Shown here one piece after another: positions 16,199 to 25,460 of a stretch of DNA of 64,000 nucleotides. Position 1 is the first letter of the stretch, and every line of letters begins with the position of its first letter. The notes under the pieces were generated by a model. It was not told where the DNA came from. It ran no database searches and was given only the letters and a program-made list of their open reading frames with translations. A program made the translations under genes and the position numbers. The stretch comes from Bacteroidota bacterium (GTDB lineage: Bacteria > Bacteroidota > Bacteroidia > Bacteroidales > FEN-979), in NCBI GenBank assembly GCA_043810345.1, contig JBDROF010000043.1, positions 1,112-65,111 of the forward strand, in the 5' to 3' direction.

Positions 16199-18672
16199 TG
16201 GAAAGAACTACCCTCTTCGCTGATGTCGTCCTCCCACTGCCGGTCAGCGGTACCTTCACCTACCGGGTGCCGTATGAGCTGAACGATGCGGTGAAAGTGG
16301 GAACGAGGGTGGTGATCCAGTTTGGCTCCCGGAAGATCTATACCGCCCTGGTCCGGAACATCCATGAACGACCTCCCCCGGGACGGTTACCTAAATATAT
16401 CCTCTCTGTCCTGGATGAGATTCCGATTGTTTCCGATATCCAGTTTGCTTTCTGGGATTGGATTGCCTTCTATTACCTGTGCCACCTTGGAGAGGTGATG
16501 AATACCGCGTTACCCTCCGTTTTTAAATTGGCCAGCGAATCGAAAGTGGTGCTGAATCCCTCTTTTTCAGGCGATGCCGGTGAGTTGAATGAGAAGGAGT
16601 TGCTCTTGTTAGAGGCGCTGGGTCACAGGAAGACGATCGCTATCTCGGATGTGGTCCGTATCCTCGACCAGCAGAAGGTCATCCCCATCATTAAGACCAT
16701 GATCGACAAGGGGATTGTCCTGCTGGAAGAGGAACTGAAAGATAAATACCGCCCCAGGATGGAGAAATTCCTGGTTCTCTCAGAAGAGCTTGCCACCAGC
16801 GAAGAGAAGCTCCGGAACCTGTTTGATGTACTTGAAAAGCGAGCGACAAAACAGCTGGAGGTGCTGATGACCTTTGTTCACCTCACTAAATATAAACCCG
16901 GTCACCCTGTCCCGATCTCCCGGGCTGCGCTGATGAAAGAGCTTGACAGGGGAGACGGAACCCTGAATGCCCTCATTAAAAAAGGGATTCTCTTGCAAAC
17001 AGAACAACAGGTTAGCAGAATGGATCCCGGAGGTCAACGGATCCCTGTCGACAGCATCAGGTTAACCGAAATTCAGCAACAGGCGCTCGATGATATGAAG
17101 AAAGAGTGGGTCCAGAAAGAGGTGGTCCTGCTTCATGGGATTACGTCCAGTGGTAAAACTGAGCTCTACATCAACTTGATCCAGGAGGTCCTTAATGACG
17201 GGAAACAGGCGCTCTACCTGCTTCCGGAAATTGCCCTGACCACTCAGATCATCAGCCGTCTGAAGAGGTATTTCGGTGATCGGATTGGAGTCTATCACTC
17301 CCGTTTCAACGAGCAGGAGAAAGCGGAGATCTGGAACCGCACGGTGGATCATCAGTACGATGTGATCCTGGGGGCCCGGTCGGCAATCTTCGCTCCATTC
17401 ACCAACCTCGGGCTGGTGATTGTGGATGAAGAGCACGACTCCTCCTTCAAGCAGTTCGACCCGGCTCCCCGGTATCATGGAAGGGATGCAGGGATTCTCC
17501 TGGCCAGGCTGCATGGTGCCCGTGTGATCCTGGGTTCAGCAACCCCTTCAGTGGAGAGCTACTTCAATGCCAGGCAGGGGAAGTACGGCCTGGTTGAATT
17601 GATGATCCGGTATGGCGAGATGCAACTTCCGGAGATCGAAGTGGTGGATATCAAACAGGAGCTGCGCAGGGGAAAGATGAAGGCTTACTTCTCTTCGACC
17701 TTACTGAAAAAAATGGAAAAGGCCCTGAAGAACCAGGAGCAGATCATCCTCTTTCAAAACCGCAGGGGATTCTCCCTCCGGCTGGAGTGCGAAACATGCC
17801 ACTGGATGCCCACCTGTAAAAACTGCGACGTGACCCTGGTCTATCATAAGAAGATCAACCAGCTTCGGTGTCACTACTGCGGATTTGTATCACGGATTCC
17901 CGAAAAATGCCCTGAGTGTAATGGGGTTAAGATACGCATGAAGGGTTTTGGGACAGAGCGTGTGGAAGAGGATCTGCAGATCCTTCTGCCGGATGCCCGG
18001 ATAGCCCGTATGGACCTCGACACTACCCGGTCGAAACACGGACATCAGAAGATCATCACCGACTTTGAAGACCGCAAGGTCGACGTCCTGATCGGTACCC
18101 AGATGGTCACCAAAGGACTTGATTTCGACCATGTCAGCACTGTATGTATCCTGAATGCAGATAACATGCTCAGCTATCCCGACTTCCGTTCGGCCGAGCG
18201 GAGTTACCAGCTCATGGCACAGGTCGGAGGGCGTTCGGGTCGTAAAAAGAGACGGGGTGAGGTGATCATTCAGACCTGGCAGCCTTCCAATGCCATTATC
18301 CAAAACGTGGTTAACAATGATTATCAGTCGATGTACCTGGACCAGTTGAATGAACGCAAACGGTTCAAATATCCCCCGTTCCACCGCCTGATCATCCTGC
18401 GCCTCAAGCACAGGAAACCTGAAGTGTTGAACACAGCTGCCTCCATCCTGGCTTCCGACCTTCGGACCATCTTTGGAAAACGCATCCTCGGCCCCGAATA
18501 CCCGATGGTCTCCCGCATCATGAACCTTTACATCAAGCAGATCATGATCAAACTCGAGCGGGGAGGTGATATCGGTACCATGAAAGGAAAATTGCTTCAG
18601 GTCCTGGAAGAGTTCAACCGGAATAAGGAATTTTCGGGAGTACGGATAATTATTGATGTTGATCCTGTTTGA
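16198..18672 (+). CDS. priA: primosomal replication-restart helicase PriA
   Basis: 824 aa: FADVVLPLPVSGTFTYRVP N-terminus, GITSSGKTE Walker A, DEEHD, and Cys4 zinc motifs CETCHW..CKNC..CHYCG. TTG is the only possible start, because an in-frame TAA lies at 16195-16197. Confidence 0.93.
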   Translation: MERTTLFADVVLPLPVSGTFTYRVPYELNDAVKVGTRVVIQFGSRKIYTALVRNIHERPPPGRLPKYILSVLDEIPIVSDIQFAFWDWIAFYYLCHLGEVMNTALPSVFKLASESKVVLNPSFSGDAGELNEKELLLLEALGHRKTIAISDVVRILDQQKVIPIIKTMIDKGIVLLEEELKDKYRPRMEKFLVLSEELATSEEKLRNLFDVLEKRATKQLEVLMTFVHLTKYKPGHPVPISRAALMKELDRGDGTLNALIKKGILLQTEQQVSRMDPGGQRIPVDSIRLTEIQQQALDDMKKEWVQKEVVLLHGITSSGKTELYINLIQEVLNDGKQALYLLPEIALTTQIISRLKRYFGDRIGVYHSRFNEQEKAEIWNRTVDHQYDVILGARSAIFAPFTNLGLVIVDEEHDSSFKQFDPAPRYHGRDAGILLARLHGARVILGSATPSVESYFNARQGKYGLVELMIRYGEMQLPEIEVVDIKQELRRGKMKAYFSSTLLKKMEKALKNQEQIILFQNRRGFSLRLECETCHWMPTCKNCDVTLVYHKKINQLRCHYCGFVSRIPEKCPECNGVKIRMKGFGTERVEEDLQILLPDARIARMDLDTTRSKHGHQKIITDFEDRKVDVLIGTQMVTKGLDFDHVSTVCILNADNMLSYPDFRSAERSYQLMAQVGGRSGRKKRRGEVIIQTWQPSNAIIQNVVNNDYQSMYLDQLNERKRFKYPPFHRLIILRLKHRKPEVLNTAASILASDLRTIFGKRILGPEYPMVSRIMNLYIKQIMIKLERGGDIGTMKGKLLQVLEEFNRNKEFSGVRIIIDVDPV

Positions 18673-18693
18673 GGGAAGAGGGAAGAGGGAAGA
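18671..18693. repeat. tandem heptamer GAGGGAA x3
   Basis: gagggaa gagggaa gagggaa. Overlaps the priA stop TGA (18670-18672). Confidence 0.9.
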
Positions 18694-18699
18694 ATATTC

Positions 18700-18727
18700 A
18701 ATCGAAAATCGTAAATCGTAAATCTTA
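18700..18727. repeat. tandem heptamer AATCGTA x4
   Basis: aatcgaa aatcgta aatcgta aatctta. The last unit contains the stop codon (18725-18727, complement) of the FtsB-like gene. Confidence 0.9.
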
Positions 18728-19033
18728 CAAAGGGGATTTCTCCGCCGTATCCACCACCAGAAACACATCCTCCCCCTCCTTCTTCATCAGGTATTTTTCC
18801 CGGGCGAATCGCTCCAGTTCAGCAGTGTCGTGCAATAATTTATGGGTGAGGATGGAATCTTTGCGGATTTCGTCCAGGTAAAACTGCTTTTCCAGTCTCA
18901 ACTCATTCAGCTGATTCTTCAGCCGGAGCCGGAGAATGATGTTGTTACTGTCAAAAAAGAACAACCAAACCAGAAACGCCACCGAGGTCAGGAAATACTT
19001 GTTGAGGATAATATTCAGGATCTTCTTCCACAT
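18725..19033 (-). CDS. septum formation initiator (FtsB/DivIC family)
   Basis: 102 aa with an N-terminal TM helix followed by a coiled coil (LRLKNQLNELRLEKQFYLDEI) and the ERFAREKYLMKKEGEDVF motif. Confidence 0.7.
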   Translation of the reverse strand: MWKKILNIILNKYFLTSVAFLVWLFFFDSNNIILRLRLKNQLNELRLEKQFYLDEIRKDSILTHKLLHDTAELERFAREKYLMKKEGEDVFLVVDTAEKSPL

Positions 19034-19044
19034 ACTTTTTCAGG

Positions 19045-19072
19045 GTCGAGGTTCAACGGTCAAGGGTCGAAG
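19045..19072. repeat. degenerate tandem heptamer GGTCGAG x4 (reverse complement of the CCCTCGA family)
   Basis: ggtcgag gttcaac ggtcaag ggtcgaa, between the FtsB-like start and the ppk stop. Confidence 0.6.
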
Positions 19073-19188
19073 TATACGTATTTGGGATAACAAAGTTACA
19101 GTCAGTTCAATGAAATTCAAAATTCAAAATAATTTCGCTTCAGAAAGCTCATCTGGCGCCTCTTGCTTTTTCAAACCTGGATCAGCGA

Positions 19189-21237
19189 CTAGTGATGTAG
19201 ATGGTCGTAAATAGCCAACTGCGACCTCACCTGTGGTCCGCGTATTCTTCGGTAGGCATTGGGTTTCCCCTCCCCCAGGAGACGGGCTTTGGTGTTGTCG
19301 GACAACTGGATCTGCAACATTTGCCAGAGCTCTTCCTGTATTGCTTTGTCGTAGATCGGACAGGCAACCTCAATTCGGTTATCGAAATTGCGTACCATCC
19401 AGTCGGCCGAGGTGATGTAATATTTCGGGTTGTTTTCGTTGCAAAACACAAGCACCCTCGAGTGCTCCAGAAACCTGTCCACGATGCTGATTCCTGTCAT
19501 GTTTTCACTCAGACCCGGGATGCCGGGTATCGGAACGCAGATCCCCCGGATGATGAGTTTGATCTTTACTCCGGCCTGGCTGGCTTTGTATAGCTTCTTT
19601 ACAATGGCTTCATCCACGAGGTTGTTCAGCTTGATTACCACCCAGGCCTCTTTGCCGGCTTTGACCTGCTTGATCTCGTTGTTCAGGAGCCGGATGAAGT
19701 GGTTTCGCATGGAGAATGGAGAGAGGATCAGGGATTTGTACCGGAATGGTTTGTACGCCGATTCCATCTGATGAAAAGCGTTGACCACATCTATGCAGAT
19801 ACGGCCATCCGAAGTGAGCAGACAATCATCGGCATAGACACGCGCAGTGTCCTCGTTGAAATTCCCGGTGTTGATCATGGAATAGAATACATTCCTGTTG
19901 GCCTCTTTCCGGCGGATGAGCAACAGTTTGGAATGGACCTTGAAACCCGGGATGCTGTGGATCACCTTGACCCCCTCCTCCTGCAAGCGTTGGGTCCAGT
20001 AGATGTTAGCCTCCTCGTCGAACCGCGCCTGCAGTTCCATGTATACCGTAACGTATTTCCCGTTTCGGGCCGCATTGATTAGAGCATTGATGACACTGGA
20101 ATTTTTTGCCGCCCGGTAGATGGTCATCTTGATCGACCGTACTTTCGGATCAATGGAGGCTTCACGGAGAAGGTCGATCACATGCCGGAAGGTCTGATAG
20201 GGGAAATGCAGCATGATATCCTTCTGCTTCACCAGAGCAATGATGCTGATGTTCGGTGTGATCTCCGGATGACGCTGCGGCGGCATCGACATGAACTCCA
20301 GATCCGGACGGACCAGATCGGGGAAACTCATAAAATCTTTGAAATTATGGTACCGGCCACCACCCCGGATGGGATCGTCCTTCCGGATGGTAAGTTTTTT
20401 AGTGAGCACTTTCAGCAGCTCTTTTGGTATGGAATTATCATATACAAACCGGACGGGATTTCCTCGCTTGCGCTGCTTGACACTTTCGGCCATCACTTCC
20501 AGGAAACTTTTCGAAACATCGGTATCCACATCGATCTCGGCGTCCCGTGTTACCTTCACGGTGTAAGCCGAGTACCGGTCGAACCCGAAAATAGAGAAGA
20601 TCTCGCCCAAACAGAACCGGATGACATCATCCAGCAACATAACAAATTGCTTTTTCCCCTCCTTGGGAAGGATCAGAAAACGGGAAACCGCTTTCGTAGG
20701 GACTTCGATGAGGGCGAAATCCGGCTTTACCTGGGGATCACTGCTATCCAAAGAAACCGCCAGGTAAATCGATTTGTCAACCAGCGAGGAGATGTCTTTG
20801 AAACTACTGATCATCAGGGGGAAGAGAAAGACACGCACCTGCTCCTGAAAATATTTTGTGACAAATTCCCCTTGCTTCGAAGTGAGCTGTTTTTCGTTTA
20901 CCAGGAAAATGTTTTGCAGGGCAAATTCATCCACAAGTGATTCGTAAATCTGCTGGAATTCCCTCTCCTGGGAAGCCACAATCTCCCCGATCTGATGAAG
21001 GATCTTTTTTGGATTGATGGGCGTGTCGTAGAGCACCTTCTCCACCGTAATCATTCGGTTCAGAGTAGCCACTCTGACGCGGAAAAACTCGTCGCGGTTA
21101 TTGGAAAAGATTCCCAGGAACTTTAGCCGTTCAACAAGTGGATTTTGCTTATCTGCCGCCTCCTGCAATACCCGGCCGTTGAAATAGAGCCAGCTAATTT
21201 CTCGGTTTAACATCTGGGGTGTGTTCCTGGTTGACAT
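19189..21237 (-). CDS. ppk1: polyphosphate kinase 1
   Basis: 682 aa. N-terminus NREISWLYFNGRVLQEA and both PLD-like HKD regions (HSKLLLIRR, EHSRVLVF). Confidence 0.93.
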   Translation of the reverse strand: MSTRNTPQMLNREISWLYFNGRVLQEAADKQNPLVERLKFLGIFSNNRDEFFRVRVATLNRMITVEKVLYDTPINPKKILHQIGEIVASQEREFQQIYESLVDEFALQNIFLVNEKQLTSKQGEFVTKYFQEQVRVFLFPLMISSFKDISSLVDKSIYLAVSLDSSDPQVKPDFALIEVPTKAVSRFLILPKEGKKQFVMLLDDVIRFCLGEIFSIFGFDRYSAYTVKVTRDAEIDVDTDVSKSFLEVMAESVKQRKRGNPVRFVYDNSIPKELLKVLTKKLTIRKDDPIRGGGRYHNFKDFMSFPDLVRPDLEFMSMPPQRHPEITPNISIIALVKQKDIMLHFPYQTFRHVIDLLREASIDPKVRSIKMTIYRAAKNSSVINALINAARNGKYVTVYMELQARFDEEANIYWTQRLQEEGVKVIHSIPGFKVHSKLLLIRRKEANRNVFYSMINTGNFNEDTARVYADDCLLTSDGRICIDVVNAFHQMESAYKPFRYKSLILSPFSMRNHFIRLLNNEIKQVKAGKEAWVVIKLNNLVDEAIVKKLYKASQAGVKIKLIIRGICVPIPGIPGLSENMTGISIVDRFLEHSRVLVFCNENNPKYYITSADWMVRNFDNRIEVACPIYDKAIQEELWQMLQIQLSDNTKARLLGEGKPNAYRRIRGPQVRSQLAIYDHLHH

Positions 21238-21241
21238 GGGG

Positions 21242-21736
21242 CTACTTCAGCATCTTGGGTGAAACAACAAAAAGTTGCCGGGTATCGGCGTTCGGAACCT
21301 TTTCCCATATCAAGGTTTCAAAACATATGCCAACCATGCTGGACGTAGGCATGTCGTCAATCCCTGGATGAAGGAAGAGGTTGGCCAGATTGGTGATGGT
21401 CGGGTTATGGCCAACTATCATCAAAGATCCGATGTGGTCCGGTGTGGCGTAAATAATATCCAGGATCCTGTCATAGTATCCGTCGTATATCTTTCGTTCC
21501 ACCACAACATCTCCCAGCGGATAGCCCAATCCAACGGCAAACAGATTGGCTGTTTCTATAGCTCTGACAGCCGGGCTGCTGAGGATCAGGTCAGGATGAA
21601 CCCCATGTCCCTTCAGATACTCAATCACCCGGTGACTTCTCGCAACTCCTTTCTCCATCAGGGGCCGTTCGATATCACTCAGCCCGGGATGATCCCAGGA
21701 AGATTTTGCATGCCGTACGAGATATAGAGTCTTCAT
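21242..21736 (-). CDS. sixA: histidine phosphatase family protein (SixA-like phosphohistidine phosphatase)
   Basis: ATG at 21736 gives MKTLYLVRHAKSSW (RHG motif). Also SSPAVRAIETA and VGHNP. Confidence 0.7.
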   Translation of the reverse strand: MKTLYLVRHAKSSWDHPGLSDIERPLMEKGVARSHRVIEYLKGHGVHPDLILSSPAVRAIETANLFAVGLGYPLGDVVVERKIYDGYYDRILDIIYATPDHIGSLMIVGHNPTITNLANLFLHPGIDDMPTSSMVGICFETLIWEKVPNADTRQLFVVSPKMLK

Positions 21737-21737
21737 G

Positions 21738-23018
21738 TCAATTAGCAAACAACGGAAACTCTGCCATCATCTTATTTACCTGTCTCTTCACTTTCAGGAT
21801 CTTATCCTCGTTCTCCAGATCACTGATCACTTCATCAATCAGATCGACAATAATTCCCATGTGCAATTCGGTCATCCCTCGGGTAGTGATCGCAGGGGTA
21901 CCCACACGCAAACCTGATGTCTGGAAGGGAGATCGGCTGTCGAACGGAACCATGTTTTTGTTAACCGTGATATCTGCTTTTTCCAGGGCATTCTCCACCT
22001 TTCGGCCGGTAATGCCGGGGAATTTCTTGCGCAGGTCGATCAGCATCAGGTGATTATCAGTACCTCCGGAGATTACATGATAGCCTTTGTCAACAAAGGC
22101 CTGAGCCATCACGGTAGCATTTCTCTTCACCTGGATGATGTAATCCATGTATTCATCGGTCAGGGCTTCATAGAAAGAGACAGCTTTGGAGGCTATCACA
22201 TGCTCGAGCGGTCCTCCCTGTATACCCGGGAAGAGAGCCGAATCAAGCATTTGAGAGAACATCTTGATCTCTCCCTTCAGGGAGGTAACTCCCCATGGAT
22301 TCGGAAAGTCTGTCCCGATCAGGATCATACCACCACGGGGTCCGCGCAGAGTCTTATGCGTGGTGGTTGTCACCACATGACACCAGGGCAGGGGATCATT
22401 CAGCAACCCGCGGGCAATCAACCCGGCAGGATGTGCAATATCAGCCATCAGGATGGCCCCGGTTTGATCGGCAATCTCCCGCATCCGTTGATAGTCCCAG
22501 TCGCGGGAATAGGCAGAAGCTCCGGCTATGATGAGCTTCGGCCGGATCTCCGTTGCCTGCGCCTCCATCTTGTCATAATTGATCATCCCGGTCGATTCCT
22601 CCACCTGATATCCAACGGCCTTGTAAAGGATCCCGGAGGAGTTTACCGGAGATCCGTGTGAAAGATGTCCTCCGTGGGCGAGGTCCAAACCCATAAAAGT
22701 ATCGCCCGGCCGCAAAACAGTCAACAACACAGCCATATTGGCCTGGGCTCCCGAGTGGGGCTGTACATTGACCCATTCGGCATGGAATAGCTCCCGGGCC
22801 CGTTCGATAGCCAGCGATTCTGATTCGTCCACGTGCTGGCAACCCCCATAATATCTTTTTCCGGGATATCCTTCCGCATATTTATTGGTCAAACAGGATC
22901 CCATCGCTTTCAACACCTGGTCGCTGACAAAATTCTCCGAAGCGATCAACTCCAGCCCACTGGTCTGACGATGTTTCTCTCGTCTGATGATGTTGAAGAT
23001 AGCCGTGTCTTTTTTCAT
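21738..23018 (-). CDS. glyA: serine hydroxymethyltransferase
   Basis: 426 aa with [18 protein letters not shown] and [14 protein letters not shown] (PLP lysine). Confidence 0.95.
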   Translation of the reverse strand: MKKDTAIFNIIRREKHRQTSGLELIASENFVSDQVLKAMGSCLTNKYAEGYPGKRYYGGCQHVDESESLAIERARELFHAEWVNVQPHSGAQANMAVLLTVLRPGDTFMGLDLAHGGHLSHGSPVNSSGILYKAVGYQVEESTGMINYDKMEAQATEIRPKLIIAGASAYSRDWDYQRMREIADQTGAILMADIAHPAGLIARGLLNDPLPWCHVVTTTTHKTLRGPRGGMILIGTDFPNPWGVTSLKGEIKMFSQMLDSALFPGIQGGPLEHVIASKAVSFYEALTDEYMDYIIQVKRNATVMAQAFVDKGYHVISGGTDNHLMLIDLRKKFPGITGRKVENALEKADITVNKNMVPFDSRSPFQTSGLRVGTPAITTRGMTELHMGIIVDLIDEVISDLENEDKILKVKRQVNKMMAEFPLFAN

Positions 23019-23076
23019 AGAGATCGAAAATTTATAGCTTTTTGTTTCGGTTTTCCGGAAAGAGGTAAAACACGAA

Positions 23077-23084
23077 CAAAATTA
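23077..23084 (-). promoter_or_regulatory. candidate -7 box TAatTTTG for glyA
   Basis: The reverse complement of caaaatta matches TAnnTTTG, about 59 nt upstream of the glyA ATG. Confidence 0.3.
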
Positions 23085-23223
23085 GCATATTTACCGGAAA
23101 TTCTGCAATTTTGTAATCCAGGGGAGTGTATTCCGCAACCAAAACTCCAAGGCACCAAAAAGCACCAAATTAGATCCCTGACACGTTGAAACACCTTTTG
23201 ACATCATATAACACTTCCGTTTT

Positions 23224-23342
23224 CAGTCCACAGTCCACAGTTCACAGTCCACAGTCCACAGTCCACAGTCCACAGTCCACAGTCCACAGTCCACAGTCCA
23301 CAGTCCACAGTCCACAGTCCACAGTCCACTGTCTTCAGTCAT
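23224..23342. repeat. tandem heptamer CAGTCCA x15 (+2 degenerate)
   Basis: 15 in-phase units from 23224 to 23328 (one is cagttca), then ctgtctt and cagtcat. All three forward frames are open (SPQSTVH). Confidence 0.97.
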
Positions 23343-23351
23343 CTCTTATAC

Positions 23352-23386
23352 CCTCGTCCCTCGTTCCTCGTCCTTCTCCTTTTCCT
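23352..23386. repeat. tandem heptamer CCTCGTC x3 (+2 degenerate)
   Basis: cctcgtc cctcgtt cctcgtc cttctcc ttttcct. Overlaps the signal-peptide-like coding segment of the downstream T9SS gene. Confidence 0.7.
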
Positions 23387-23453
23387 CCTGCCACTATCCC
23401 CCTTTGCCCAATTCGACGCCGGTCCAAACGACACCATTAATCCCGGTATTCCG

Positions 23454-24521
23454 GTGACCCTTACCGCCACCTACGGCTTAATAGGCAAAGGAGTTACTAT
23501 CGATGATAATGGCGTCGAAGGTCCTTTTCCGATCGGATTCAGTTTCAGTTTTTTTGGCAATATCTACAACCAGTTTTACATCGGAGCCAATGGCTGGGTC
23601 AGTTTCTCTCCGAATCAAAACGCCAAAGGCATCCGAAATGCTTTTGCAGTCCCCAATTCGGCAGATTATAACCCCAAAAATTGCATCCTTGCCCCTTTTC
23701 AGGATCTGAATCCACTCCAGGCAGGAGGACCGTTTATTTTCTACCGCACCATCGAGGTGGATTCGAACCAGCTGCTTGTTGTCATGTGGTGCCAGACTCC
23801 CCTTTACAGCGATGCTTGCAGAGATTCACTGGTGACCCTTCAGATTGTATTGAATGAAGAAAGCGGTACCATTGAAAATCATCTGATGAACAAACCCTCC
23901 TGCCTGGATTGGAATGATAACCTGGCCACAATGGGTGTACAGAATGAAACCGGTTTTGTCGGGTATGCCGTGCCAGGCCGAAATGCCACTTCATGGACCG
24001 CACAAATGGAAGGTTGGATGTACACCCCTACATCAGCTGATAGCTTTCAGATCGTGCAAATTCCTTATAACCTCCAACCGATCGTACCCGGAGAAAAGGT
24101 GGTGTACCGGTGGGTTCAGGGAACAGAGCAAATATCCTCCCAGCAAAGCATGGTGGTTACTCCCGGAGAGACCACCACCTATTATGCTTACATTACCCTG
24201 TGCGACGGTCAGGAGTTTATGGATAGTGTTACTGTTTATGTAATTCCCTATATTCCCAACGCCTTTACCCCCAACGGTGATGGATTGAATGATACATTCA
24301 GGATGGTGGGATTGCCCCCGGAAAACATCGCCGAGTTTCACTTACAGGTGTTCAATCGCTGGGGAGAGATGGTCTTTTCAACCCGGAATATTGAAGAGGG
24401 ATGGGATGGTACCCTGAAAGGGGAATCGTGTCCGGAGGGTCTCTACGTGTGGGCGGTTTATTATCAAGAGAATAACCGGTACAAAATAACAAACAAAGGG
24501 ACGGTCATCATGGTCAGATGA
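23454..24521 (+). CDS. T9SS type B (gliding-motility CHU_C-type) C-terminal sorting domain protein; true 5' end unresolved
   Basis: The C-terminus IPNAFTPNGDGLNDTF...WGEMVF...GWDGT...GLYVW...GTVIMVR is the type B sorting domain. The frame stays open upstream to 23202 and encodes FLVLLLFLLPLSPFAQ|FDAG (signal-peptide-like), with no ATG, GTG or TTG before the GTG at 23454. Confidence 0.7.
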   Translation: MTLTATYGLIGKGVTIDDNGVEGPFPIGFSFSFFGNIYNQFYIGANGWVSFSPNQNAKGIRNAFAVPNSADYNPKNCILAPFQDLNPLQAGGPFIFYRTIEVDSNQLLVVMWCQTPLYSDACRDSLVTLQIVLNEESGTIENHLMNKPSCLDWNDNLATMGVQNETGFVGYAVPGRNATSWTAQMEGWMYTPTSADSFQIVQIPYNLQPIVPGEKVVYRWVQGTEQISSQQSMVVTPGETTTYYAYITLCDGQEFMDSVTVYVIPYIPNAFTPNGDGLNDTFRMVGLPPENIAEFHLQVFNRWGEMVFSTRNIEEGWDGTLKGESCPEGLYVWAVYYQENNRYKITNKGTVIMVR

Positions 24522-24583
24522 CCTCCTTCAATACCCCCCAGTAGCTCTTACCTTATGAATGGTTTCTAGGGGTATAATGATAA

Positions 24584-25369
24584 ATGTTTTCTATGAGACG
24601 GATATTTTTATTATTCCCATTTATTATTTGTCTTTTGCAGTTGTCGCTGGTAGCTCAACAAGAGAATAAACCGGAGCTCACCAATCCGCCGGAGATAGTA
24701 GCTGACAATGATCTTTTTGTCGACCGCCTGAAAGTGGAGCTGGTTTCAGATCGCCCGAACATGGAAATCCGGTTTACAGGGGATGGAACCGATCCGGTCG
24801 GCACCTCGTTTCTCTATACAGAACCCCTGGAAATCCGTGGAGGTGCAACGGTCAAGGCACGCTGCTTCAGGGATGGAAAACCGGTCAGCGGAACCGCAAC
24901 CCGTACCTTTACCATGGTATTGCCAATGGCCTCTAAAAACGTGGAAAATCCAACTCCCGGCATCCGGTATCAGTATTTCGAAGGGGAGTGGGACTCGCTT
25001 CCCGATTTTTCCAGACTGACTCCTGTAAAGACGGGTATTCTTCCCTACTTTGGCTTTGATCCCGGGAACGAACAGGAGCGCTTTGGTTTTGTCTACACAG
25101 GTTATGTCCTCATCCCCAAACGGAATATCTATACCTTTTATACCGAATCCGATGATGGAAGCCGTCTCTATATAGGGCAGAAACTGGTGGTGGATAACGA
25201 TGGATTGCATGGGCTTCGCCAGAGAGAGGGTTCGATTGGGCTCACAGCAGGCTTCCATCCGATCCGGGTAACATTCTTTGAAAAGACAGGGAGTGATAAC
25301 CTTAAGATCTATATTAAGAGCCTGGAGATCCAGAAACAGATTATACCACAAGAATGGCTGGTCCATTAA
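24584..25369 (+). CDS. secreted PA14-domain protein with an N-terminal chitobiase/FN3-associated-like module
   Basis: Signal peptide. The block EIRFTGDGTDPVGTSFLYTEPLEIRGGATVKARCF is followed by GFVYTGYVLIPKRNIYTFYTESDDGSRLYIG...GFHPIRVTFFE, which matches the PA14 pattern. Confidence 0.65.
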   Translation: MFSMRRIFLLFPFIICLLQLSLVAQQENKPELTNPPEIVADNDLFVDRLKVELVSDRPNMEIRFTGDGTDPVGTSFLYTEPLEIRGGATVKARCFRDGKPVSGTATRTFTMVLPMASKNVENPTPGIRYQYFEGEWDSLPDFSRLTPVKTGILPYFGFDPGNEQERFGFVYTGYVLIPKRNIYTFYTESDDGSRLYIGQKLVVDNDGLHGLRQREGSIGLTAGFHPIRVTFFEKTGSDNLKIYIKSLEIQKQIIPQEWLVH

Positions 25370-25460
25370 ACGAACAACGATGGGCACAGATCAGCTCTTC
25401 ACTTTGCTACTCCTCCCTGGGTCCATGTTTGTGGGTCAATCCACCATCTTTACTTCCACT

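Noticed and set aside
23146-23170. gcaccaaaaagcaccaaatt as another tandem tract; likewise aaattcaaaattcaaaat at 19112-19130
   Set aside because: Only about two imperfect copies each, which is within what low-complexity AT-rich spacer sequence gives by chance.
23186-23440. 84-aa ORF MKHLLTSYNTSVF(SPQSTVH)n... as a stand-alone gene
   Set aside because: The body is the translated CAGTCCA tract and a pyrimidine-rich tail. It is more plausibly the out-of-frame 5' part of the downstream T9SS gene (see finding) than an independent protein.
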